Positions 55,998-64,000 of a stretch of 64,000 nt of DNA are shown piece after piece. Position numbers and translations under genes: made by a program. Within the stretch, counting starts at the first letter, position 1. Each line of letters begins with the position of its first letter. The stretch covers positions 2,784,001 through 2,848,000 of the forward strand of contig CAVOJR010000001.1 of NCBI GenBank assembly GCA_963696295.1, in the 5' to 3' direction. The notes under the pieces are model-generated. The model searched no databases, had not been told where the DNA came from, and saw nothing but the letters and a program-made list of their open reading frames with translations. The DNA is from an uncultured Chlamydiae bacterium. GTDB lineage: Bacteria; Chlamydiota; Chlamydiia; Chlamydiales; JAJFMB01.

Positions 55998-58745
55998 TTA
56001 GTAGTCGTGTTTCCATTTCAGCAGCAGATGGCTGTTGGCATCCTCATCGATTTCCGCTTGCAGCTTCACCGACTTGATCAGGTTGGCTGAAATGGTGAGG
56101 CTTTTGGCATCGCTTGTCATGCTCTTATTGACCAGGACCAGGATCCCCGGCGTGACATATTTACCCACCTTCAAAGAAAAGTCGTTTTGACCATGGGTGT
56201 CAGAGTGGCTGAACTCCAGCCGGTCAATCCCTATGGCTTTGCGCAATTTTCCTAAAATGTCGGCATCATCGCCGGCGGAATTTAAGGCAGAAAATGTCTG
56301 GGTGAGTTCTGTCCCTTGCAAAGAGGTGATCTCAGGCAGGGCCTTATTAAACAAAATCAGCGACAAAATTTCCGGCTGGCTTAAAGGGGGGTTGGAGCGG
56401 AATGAGATCAACGGGTTATTGACAGGGCCTTTGAGCACGATTTCCGCGGAAATATCATCAATTTCGTGTTCCGCGATCACATAGAGGGACGCCTTATCGG
56501 AATAGTTGCCGGAAAATGTGATATTCCCTTGCTTCAGGGAAAACATTTTTCCGTTGATCAGCTGTTCCCCTTTGATCGCCTCCACTTGTCCAAAGAGCTG
56601 AGGAGAAGAGGCGGTGCCTTTAATAAAGGTTTCCCCTCTCCATTCCATTGAGAGGTCTTTGCCGGTGAGGTTAATCCCCCTCAGCGCATGCAAGCGGATA
56701 TCCAGGGAGACAGGAAAAATTTCCTGAGAGATTTTAAAGGTGGTGGGAGGCTCCTCATGTTCGGGCTGGTTAATATAGGTGATTTCCACTTCCTTGATCG
56801 ACTGGGAAAGCTGTTTCGGGAGTTCAAAATCGGCGCGTTCGATTTTCAGATCGCCGCTCAAAGCAGCCTCATTCAAATTGCCCTGCAGCATCAGCTGACC
56901 GCTTGTGATCATGGAGGCAAGGTCGAGCTGAATCAGAGGGGTGTGATGGGTGTTTATGGTGATCGCAAAAGGGTAATTTTGGTTAGCGTCCAGCGCCATG
57001 CTTCCAGTGGCATTGACTGTCCTTATGCGATTTGTTTCCGCGGAAAACTTCGCAAGATGCACTTGCGAGCCGCGGCCGATAATTTTGGCGGAGATATTTT
57101 CAAAGGTGGTTCCCAGGGTATAACTTTCAAAAGTGCCATTTTCCAGGGTCAATTCGCCGGCCAGCTGGGGGTTCTCCAAAGTTCCCTCCATAGAGAGGGC
57201 GATCGCTGCTTCTCCCGTGATGTTCGTCGTATCGGAAAAGAAGAGATGCAAATAGGGGGAGATCTCGCCCGAGGCTGTGATTTCCGCTTGGGCCGGGCTT
57301 TTTTGATCGATCGTGAGCTTGGGCGGCCAGAGTTGGCATTTGAAGGGGAGAGAAGCCGAAAGGGTCATCGGGTAGGGGCCGGCCCCTATTATCGTGCCGG
57401 TGCACTCGAGTTTTTCCTCTTTGATGGTAGCGCGGCAATGCGCCTGCAGAGGGGGGAGTTTGACATAGGTTTCATCTAAAACTTTCATGCGCTCTAAATC
57501 GAGCTGAATTTGGCCGTTGAGCGATTTCGGCGATCCGTAAAGGAAGGCTTCAATGTCCACAGAGCTTGTGAAGGGAAGCGGCGGGAGCCAGAGCTCGAAA
57601 AGCTCGCTCGGCAAGTTTTTGGCGCGGGTGGTGGTATGGATATTATCTCCGATATAATCGATCGTCGTATAGATCGTTCCGTTGGCAAAGGTAAAAAAGA
57701 GGGGGGAGCATTCCCGGTTCCGAATCATAGCCGTATCATTTAGAGCAAAGGGAAAACCTCCGTAATCCCCGCTAAGGGAGTCTATATAGAGAGCTACGCC
57801 GCTCCAGTCGAACTTCCAGGCCCCTTCCGATTGCAGGTTTGCTTTTTTTGTGTGGTAAGTCAAGGAATAGGGCCACAATTTTGCCGATGTGAATAGCTCA
57901 GTTTCCAGGTTCACTGTTTCAAATTGCGGAGAGGTTAAGCTCAGAGACGCGTTAAGCTTTCCCCCGGCATATTGAGCCTTTGCCGTAAATTCCAGATCGT
58001 TGTATTTGGCTTTTATGGCAGGCGATGAGAGAAAACCGGATAGTTCGAAGGGAATCTGTTGCTCAAAGGTGGAAATATTGAAGGAAGCAGCTATGGAATG
58101 ATCGCCTGTGTTTATTTTGCCGGCTCCTTTGAGAGTGAGGAGATCGCTTAACAAAGACACCTGTTTTAAACGGATAAGATCCTCCTCCAAAAAGAAGTCT
58201 GCTTCGATGCTGCCTTGGGAGCTTATCGCAAAGAAATGCCAGAAATTTTGTTTGCTGAGGGTCAGATGGATGGGGTTGTCATTCCAATGCACTACGCCGG
58301 TTAAGAAGGGTTCCTGAGGGTTCCACTTGACTCCCCCTTCGAGAGAAAAGGAGTATTCCTTAACGCGCAGGGTTTTTACTTGAAATTTAGAAATTTCCAG
58401 CGAGGGGGGGAAGGGGGATTTTCCTTCCGAAGGAAAACCCTCATCTAAAGCCATCTCATCTATCACCAACGTGTTGATCACCCATTTTTTGGAAAGGAAG
58501 CTAAACAAATTAATGCGGCAGAATAAGTTATTCACCTCAATATGGGGAGAGGCAAATTCCAGGGAATTGATTTGCAGAGTAAAGGGATAGGTGAGCGACC
58601 AATCCTTTATCGTTAAAGAGTGGCCCGTTTTTTCGGAAAGCATATTTGAAAAGTGGTCTTTGACGCTTTTCGACTGGAGCATGAGATGGAAACAGCCGAT
58701 TACTAGCAACATCAAAATAGTCATGCGGTAGATAAATTTTCCCAT
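55998..58745 (-). CDS. tamB: Translocation/assembly module TamB
   Basis: N-terminal anchor; C-terminal DUF490-like SNPPLSQPEILSLILF, VGKYVT, KWKHDY; downstream of tamA. Confidence 0.85.
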   Translation of the reverse strand: MGKFIYRMTILMLLVIGCFHLMLQSKSVKDHFSNMLSEKTGHSLTIKDWSLTYPFTLQINSLEFASPHIEVNNLFCRINLFSFLSKKWVINTLVIDEMALDEGFPSEGKSPFPPSLEISKFQVKTLRVKEYSFSLEGGVKWNPQEPFLTGVVHWNDNPIHLTLSKQNFWHFFAISSQGSIEADFFLEEDLIRLKQVSLLSDLLTLKGAGKINTGDHSIAASFNISTFEQQIPFELSGFLSSPAIKAKYNDLEFTAKAQYAGGKLNASLSLTSPQFETVNLETELFTSAKLWPYSLTYHTKKANLQSEGAWKFDWSGVALYIDSLSGDYGGFPFALNDTAMIRNRECSPLFFTFANGTIYTTIDYIGDNIHTTTRAKNLPSELFELWLPPLPFTSSVDIEAFLYGSPKSLNGQIQLDLERMKVLDETYVKLPPLQAHCRATIKEEKLECTGTIIGAGPYPMTLSASLPFKCQLWPPKLTIDQKSPAQAEITASGEISPYLHLFFSDTTNITGEAAIALSMEGTLENPQLAGELTLENGTFESYTLGTTFENISAKIIGRGSQVHLAKFSAETNRIRTVNATGSMALDANQNYPFAITINTHHTPLIQLDLASMITSGQLMLQGNLNEAALSGDLKIERADFELPKQLSQSIKEVEITYINQPEHEEPPTTFKISQEIFPVSLDIRLHALRGINLTGKDLSMEWRGETFIKGTASSPQLFGQVEAIKGEQLINGKMFSLKQGNITFSGNYSDKASLYVIAEHEIDDISAEIVLKGPVNNPLISFRSNPPLSQPEILSLILFNKALPEITSLQGTELTQTFSALNSAGDDADILGKLRKAIGIDRLEFSHSDTHGQNDFSLKVGKYVTPGILVLVNKSMTSDAKSLTISANLIKSVKLQAEIDEDANSHLLLKWKHDY

Positions 58746-60490
58746 TAGAACGCCTGCCCGATGCTGAAATAAAATTGAAAAGCCCGGTCGATCCCCTTCC
58801 TCCGATTCAGCGGAAAAGCGATGTCAAAGCGAATGGGGCCGACCGGGGTATAGTAGCGAAGGCCGGCGCCAAGGGAGTTTAACATCCGTTCTGTCAATTC
58901 GGGAACCGGGTTGCAATAAACATTGCCCACGTCGTAAAAATAGGCCAGCCCAATCGTTTTTGTCACGCGCCATCTTAGTTCCAGCGACCCGATCAGCATC
59001 GAACGGCCTCCGATCGGTTTGTTTTTTTCATCCAACGGGCTGACGGTCATGTAGCTATAGCCGCGCAAGGTGGTTTCGGAACCGGCATAAAACCGCTCTG
59101 ACGGGGGGATCTCCTGCCTGGCGGAACCGATAATGGTGCCGGCGATCCCTTTGACGGCCAGCACGAGGCTTGGCATTTTTTTCGGGGAGTAATAACAGGT
59201 TCCAGTTGCCTGATTGACTGAGTAAATAAATTTTGGACTCAAGATTTGCGCCGTAGGCACAATTCTTCCAAAGAAAGAGCCTCCGCGGGCCGGATCGAGC
59301 AGATTGTCGGTCTTGTTCCATTGCAACGTCAGGGGAGTTTTAATCAGATGGAAAGATCCGTTGCGGTCCGATCCGGTGTTCTTCAATTCGGTGACCATAG
59401 CTCCATAGGAGAGCGTCGTGCAGGGGTTGAGCCGGTGGCGCACGGTTGAGGAAAGGCTGTAGGCGGTTTCCTTATAACCTTCAGTGACTTCATGAGTGTA
59501 CTCCGCTTTCCAGATCAGATCCTGGCGGCGGCACCAAATGTCTGGTTGGATATATTGGAAAGATCCCTCTTGCAGCCTCCCTAAAATGTTGGCGTCCACT
59601 CTAAAAGTTTCCCCCATTCCCCGCATATTGCGGTGCTCCCAATCCATTTCCACGCCGGGCCCAAGCTGCGTACTATAGCTGACGCCTGCGCCGACGCTGC
59701 GGTGCTTCGCTTCAACCACATCAATTTTCATCGGGACCTTGCCGTTTTCCGGCAACTGGTCGGGGTAGGTGATGTTGACTATGCGAAAAAGGCGCGATTC
59801 CTCGAGCGCGTTTTGCGTCTCAAGGATTTTTAGAGGATCGAAGCGCATCCCTTCCGTCCAGGCGATTTTCTTTTTGAAAAACGCCTCCTTGATGCTGCGG
59901 TTTCCTGCTATGCAAGAGGGGCCGAAATGCATTAGCGGGCCGGGGTTGACTTTCAAAATGACCGTCACGGTTTTGGTTTGCTGATCCGCGATGACATCCC
60001 TTTTAAAAATTTTGGCATAAGGATGCCCCATTTTGGCCAGAAGAAACAGCAGGCATTCCTCGGCATTTAAAATTTTTTCAGGCGTGGCCGGCGCGTTCAA
60101 CTGAAGGTCTAAAGCGTCGAGTTTCACATTCGCCCCCTCGATCCGGAATTGGGCCAGGGGATAGACCGGTCCGAGGTCGATATCGATCTTCACAAGGATG
60201 GGGTTGGCATCAAAGTTAAAGTAAAATTTTATTTTCGCATTATAATAGGCGCTGTTATGCAGCACGCGCAAAAGGCGCTGCAGGTCGGAGTCGGCCCGTC
60301 TGCGCAGGGCGGCCGCGGTAATCGAGGGGGAATCGGTGAGCGCCACCAGCTGGGAGGAAGAGCGCAAAAGAGTTAAAAGTTCTTTATCTTCAACACCTTG
60401 AAACTCTACACGATAGGAGTCGGCCGCGCCGCAGATGCCGCAGATCATCAGGAGCAGACAAAGGTATAGGGATATAGGGCAATTTTTCAT
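58745..60490 (-). CDS. tamA: Omp85 family autotransporter assembly factor TamA
   Basis: POTRA-like N-terminus; RFYAGS..LRGY, GLRYYTPVGPIRFDIAFP, SIGQAF. Confidence 0.9.
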   Translation of the reverse strand: MKNCPISLYLCLLLMICGICGAADSYRVEFQGVEDKELLTLLRSSSQLVALTDSPSITAAALRRRADSDLQRLLRVLHNSAYYNAKIKFYFNFDANPILVKIDIDLGPVYPLAQFRIEGANVKLDALDLQLNAPATPEKILNAEECLLFLLAKMGHPYAKIFKRDVIADQQTKTVTVILKVNPGPLMHFGPSCIAGNRSIKEAFFKKKIAWTEGMRFDPLKILETQNALEESRLFRIVNITYPDQLPENGKVPMKIDVVEAKHRSVGAGVSYSTQLGPGVEMDWEHRNMRGMGETFRVDANILGRLQEGSFQYIQPDIWCRRQDLIWKAEYTHEVTEGYKETAYSLSSTVRHRLNPCTTLSYGAMVTELKNTGSDRNGSFHLIKTPLTLQWNKTDNLLDPARGGSFFGRIVPTAQILSPKFIYSVNQATGTCYYSPKKMPSLVLAVKGIAGTIIGSARQEIPPSERFYAGSETTLRGYSYMTVSPLDEKNKPIGGRSMLIGSLELRWRVTKTIGLAYFYDVGNVYCNPVPELTERMLNSLGAGLRYYTPVGPIRFDIAFPLNRRKGIDRAFQFYFSIGQAF

Positions 60491-60593
60491 GTGTTGCTAA
60501 TTATAGAGGTCGCCTTAATACAAAGCAAATTCCCTTGCATTTTTTATGGGGAATTTGACACTCTTACCACAAGAAATAATTTGCAGGTGACTG

Positions 60594-61886
60594 ATGACAA
60601 CCAAAAATGAAACAATCTATCAACGCCTCTGCGAGGTGCTTCCCGCCGGCGTCAATTCTCCCGTCCGTTCCTTCAAAGGATTGGATATGCCGCCTATGGT
60701 GGTGCGGAGCGGAAAAGGGGACTCTATCACCGACGCCGATGGTAATGTTTTTATTGATTATTGCCTCTCATGGGGACCCCTTGTTCACGGTCACGCCCAT
60801 CCAGACATTTTGGGGCCTGTGCAAAAAAGAATACAGATGGGCACAAGCTTTGGGATTACGACCGAGATCGAGGAGATGCTGGCGCGAAAAATTGTTCAAT
60901 CGGTGCCCTCCGTCGAACTGATCCGCTTTGTCTCTTCCGGCACGGAAGCCACGATGAGCGCGGCGCGCGTGGCGCGAGGCTACACAGGGCGCGATATCAT
61001 CGTAAAATTCGCGGGCAATTATCACGGGCATGCCGACTTTTTTCTCATTCAGGCGGGCTCGGGTGTTTTGAACCTGTCGCAAACCTCCTCTTCGGCCGGT
61101 ATTCCAAACGCTATGGTGCAGCATATGTTCTGCCTTCCCTACAACGATCCGCAAGCTATTATCGATCTTTTTGCGAAGAGCGATTATCAGGGCAAAATTG
61201 CCGCCGTGATTTTAGAGCCCATTGCCGCCAATATGGGTGTGGTCCCTGCCGACCGCTCGTTTATTCAAACCTTGCGGGAGCAGACGAAAAAGAATGGAGC
61301 TCTTTTGATTTTTGATGAAGTGGTCACCGGATTTCGGCTTGGCATGGGGGGCGCCCAGGAGTACTATGGCGTTGAACCCGACATGACCTGCTTTGGAAAG
61401 ATCATCGGCGGCGGTTTTCCGGCCGCGGCATTTGGCGGCAGGAAAGCTGTAATGGAATCTTTGGCGCCGCTTGGTCCCGTTTATCAGGCCGGCACCCTTT
61501 CAGGCAATCCGGTGGCGATGGAGGCTGGTCTGCAAACTCTGCTGCTGCTCGAGAAAAAGGGCGTCTTTGCCGAATTGGAACGGAAAGCTAATGTGATCAC
61601 CAAACCTGTGCAAGAGTGGATATTAAAAAGAAAAGCCAACGCCTGCGTGCAGCAGGTGGGTTCCATGTTCACCCTATTCTTTGGGAAAAAGAGCGTGAAA
61701 AATCTCGATGACGCCAGGGGACTCGATCTTAATCTTTTTGCCCGCTATTTTCGCTTCATGTACGACCACGGCGTCTATTTGCCTCCCTCGCAGCATGAAG
61801 CCTGGTTCGTTTCGACCGTGCACGAAGAGAAGCACCTGGAAAAAACGAGAGACCTGACCCTGCAATTTTTAGAGCAGGCCCTATGA
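60594..61886 (+). CDS. hemL: Glutamate-1-semialdehyde 2,1-aminomutase
   Basis: GVNSPVRSF, SSGTEATM, FDEVVTGFR, GKIIGGGFP, YQAGTLSGNP. Confidence 0.97.
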   Translation: MTTKNETIYQRLCEVLPAGVNSPVRSFKGLDMPPMVVRSGKGDSITDADGNVFIDYCLSWGPLVHGHAHPDILGPVQKRIQMGTSFGITTEIEEMLARKIVQSVPSVELIRFVSSGTEATMSAARVARGYTGRDIIVKFAGNYHGHADFFLIQAGSGVLNLSQTSSSAGIPNAMVQHMFCLPYNDPQAIIDLFAKSDYQGKIAAVILEPIAANMGVVPADRSFIQTLREQTKKNGALLIFDEVVTGFRLGMGGAQEYYGVEPDMTCFGKIIGGGFPAAAFGGRKAVMESLAPLGPVYQAGTLSGNPVAMEAGLQTLLLLEKKGVFAELERKANVITKPVQEWILKRKANACVQQVGSMFTLFFGKKSVKNLDDARGLDLNLFARYFRFMYDHGVYLPPSQHEAWFVSTVHEEKHLEKTRDLTLQFLEQAL

Positions 61887-63499
61887 GATTTATATCCAAA
61901 CAACTTGAACAGTTGGTTTTGGTCTTCGTCGGTTTTATACCCAACCAACTCTTCAAGTTGTTTGGGTATATTTTCCTTCTCTTCAGCTTAGGCCCCCTTT
62001 TAGCCTCGGCGGATGATTTTAAAGCCCACATTCATTACTCCGGTGGCCCTAATAAGGTAGGGTATATAGCCATTGATAACCGCGATTCGCAAATCAGCCA
62101 GGCGACCTTTTTGTATGTGAAAAGCGCCCTGGAGTATTATCAGAAAAACAAGCCCATCTTTATCATCCTGGAACTGAATACTCCGGGCGGTGAAGTTTTT
62201 GCCGCACAAAAAATATCGGACGCTTTAAAAGAGATGGATACCCAATACGATGTCCCCATCGTCGCTTTTATCAATAACTGGGCGATCTCCGCCGGCGCGA
62301 TGATCGCCTACTCCTGCCGCTATATCACTTCCGTGAAAGATGGGAGCATGGGAGCCGCCGAGCCGATCATCATGGGGCAGGAAGGGGGAATGCAGACGGC
62401 TTCGGAAAAAATCAACTCCGCCATCCGTTCCGACTTTGCCGCCCGCGCGAGTTTTTTTGACCGCAATCCCTTCATCGCCGAGGCGATGGTGGACAAAGAC
62501 ATGATCGTTGTTCAGCGGGACGGCAAAATCATCAAATTGGACAAAGAGGATCAGATCAGGGATACCGACAAAATCATCAGCAATAAAGGGAAATTACTCA
62601 CACTGGATGCCGAGCAGATGGTGGAGTTTGGCGTGGCCAATCTCTTGCTCCAGCCGGCGAAGCTCGTGCCGGTGACCGCTGAAGAAAAGGCCAGCGGGAA
62701 ATGGCCGGCTGATAAAACTCTCCTTTTCACTAGCCCCTATTTCCGTCAGATACCCCATGCCGAGATCGACGAGTACCAGATGGATTGGAAGACGCGGTTT
62801 TTTATGTTGCTGGCGAACCCGATGGTAGCTTCGCTTCTTTCGCTTGGGCTGATCCTCGGCATTTATATCGAATTGAATACCCCCGGTTTCGGAATGGCGG
62901 GGGGATTTGCCCTGCTTTGCCTCTTTTTGATTATGCTGTCGAGCTTTGCTCAGGAAATCGGCAATTGGCTGGAAATCATCCTGATGCTCGGAGGGTTAAC
63001 CCTGCTGCTTTTGGATCTTTTTGTGATTCCGACTTTCGGTATTGTCGGCATCGCCGGCGTTGTACTTTTTTTGATCGGGCTGTTCGGGATGATGCTGCCG
63101 GGTTTGGGATCGATCAGTTTTGAATTCGACACGGGCACCTTCAATGCCGCGGGTGATGCTTTTTTTCACCAGCTCATGTGGCTTTCAGGCTCCTTCCTAG
63201 TCTCTTTGATCCTTATCGGCTTGCTGGCGCGCTATGTGATGCCCTCATTTGCCGGGTTTAACCGCTTTGTCTTGTCGGGCGGCGAGCAGGATGGGTATTC
63301 GGCGGTTGAAGAGCGGCTGCCCAAAGCGGGGGCGGCCGGAGTGGTCGCTGCCACATTGCGTCCGGGAGGTAAGGTGATAATCGACGACACTATTTTTGAT
63401 GCCTTAAGCGCAAGGGGCTTCATGGAGAAAGGGACTGAGATCGTCGTGACCGGATTTGACGGGGGCACATTAATCGTGGAAGAGAAGGAAATGGAATGA
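61883..63499 (+). CDS. nfeD: NfeD family membrane-bound serine protease (long form)
   Basis: ELNTPGG, AISAGA, MGAAEP, TM bundle, C-terminal OB fold LRPGGK. Confidence 0.88.
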   Translation: MRFISKQLEQLVLVFVGFIPNQLFKLFGYIFLLFSLGPLLASADDFKAHIHYSGGPNKVGYIAIDNRDSQISQATFLYVKSALEYYQKNKPIFIILELNTPGGEVFAAQKISDALKEMDTQYDVPIVAFINNWAISAGAMIAYSCRYITSVKDGSMGAAEPIIMGQEGGMQTASEKINSAIRSDFAARASFFDRNPFIAEAMVDKDMIVVQRDGKIIKLDKEDQIRDTDKIISNKGKLLTLDAEQMVEFGVANLLLQPAKLVPVTAEEKASGKWPADKTLLFTSPYFRQIPHAEIDEYQMDWKTRFFMLLANPMVASLLSLGLILGIYIELNTPGFGMAGGFALLCLFLIMLSSFAQEIGNWLEIILMLGGLTLLLLDLFVIPTFGIVGIAGVVLFLIGLFGMMLPGLGSISFEFDTGTFNAAGDAFFHQLMWLSGSFLVSLILIGLLARYVMPSFAGFNRFVLSGGEQDGYSAVEERLPKAGAAGVVAATLRPGGKVIIDDTIFDALSARGFMEKGTEIVVTGFDGGTLIVEEKEME

Positions 63500-63966
63500 T
63501 TCCCTATATTTTGGTATTGATCGGTTTGCTCTTGATTTACGTCGAATTTTTTCTGCCTGGGATTGTTATTGGCACCATCGGCGGTCTGATGGTGGCTGCC
63601 GGCATTTTGACATTCGCTTCCTTAAGCCACTCAGCATTAGCGATCATTTTATTTACTCTGGTGTCCCTCGGCCTGGCCGCCGCCTTAATCCGCTTTGCCC
63701 TTTGGAGCATACCCCGTACCAAGCCTGAGCGCAGCATCTATTCCGACAGCGCCCAGAACGGGTATTACGCCTCCTCATACGACAAAAGCGCCATCGGCAA
63801 ACGGGGCCAAGTCGTTTCTGATTTGAAGCCGGGAGGGCATATACAGGTCCTCGGAAAAGTGCATCAAGCCATTTCAGTCAGCGGTTATCTGCCTAAAGGG
63901 GAAGAGGTGGAAGTCATTAGCGGCGAGGGGGAAAGTTTAGTCGTGAAACAAGTAAAAAAGGAATAA
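63496..63966 (+). CDS. Short NfeD-like protein
   Basis: EFFLPG TM region, C-terminal DLKPGG OB fold. Confidence 0.85.
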   Translation: MIPYILVLIGLLLIYVEFFLPGIVIGTIGGLMVAAGILTFASLSHSALAIILFTLVSLGLAAALIRFALWSIPRTKPERSIYSDSAQNGYYASSYDKSAIGKRGQVVSDLKPGGHIQVLGKVHQAISVSGYLPKGEEVEVISGEGESLVVKQVKKE

Positions 63967-63969
63967 GTG

Positions 63970-64000
63970 ATGAATTTTTTGGCTGTCGAGTTTGGGATGG
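63970..64000 (+). CDS. 5' fragment of the next gene, possibly flotillin-like FloA/YqfA
   Basis: ATG directly after the nfeD pair; identity inferred only from the usual nfeD operon context. Confidence 0.3.
   Translation, partial: MNFLAVEFGM

Overview
Gene-dense bacterial chromosome segment, most consistent with an environmental Chlamydiota genome (inferred from an Npt/NTT nucleotide transporter, cyoABCDE, hemL-nfeD-nfeD, tamAB, dsbAB, an Rpn nuclease and orphan effector-like genes behind very AT-rich spacers). It holds about 55 CDS, mostly housekeeping, transport and stress functions. I saw no rRNA, tRNA, CRISPR array, prophage or intact transposase. The unusual signal is mostly between genes. 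(1) Three miniature inverted-repeat elements with unrelated ends (IS4/IS231-like, IS1595-like, and a third type) carry the same 32-nt strand-specific hairpin with a double tandem G.A internal loop and covarying pairs. (2) Four gene junctions carry decaying tandem duplications that separate genes which would otherwise overlap. (3) An RNA-repair operon pairs a 2H-phosphoesterase/archease fusion with RtcB. (4) An unannotated Leu-rich leader peptide with an anti-SD switch precedes an NSS transporter. (5) There is an unannotated 58-aa secreted acidic peptide. Product calls come from motif recognition only; no database searches were run.
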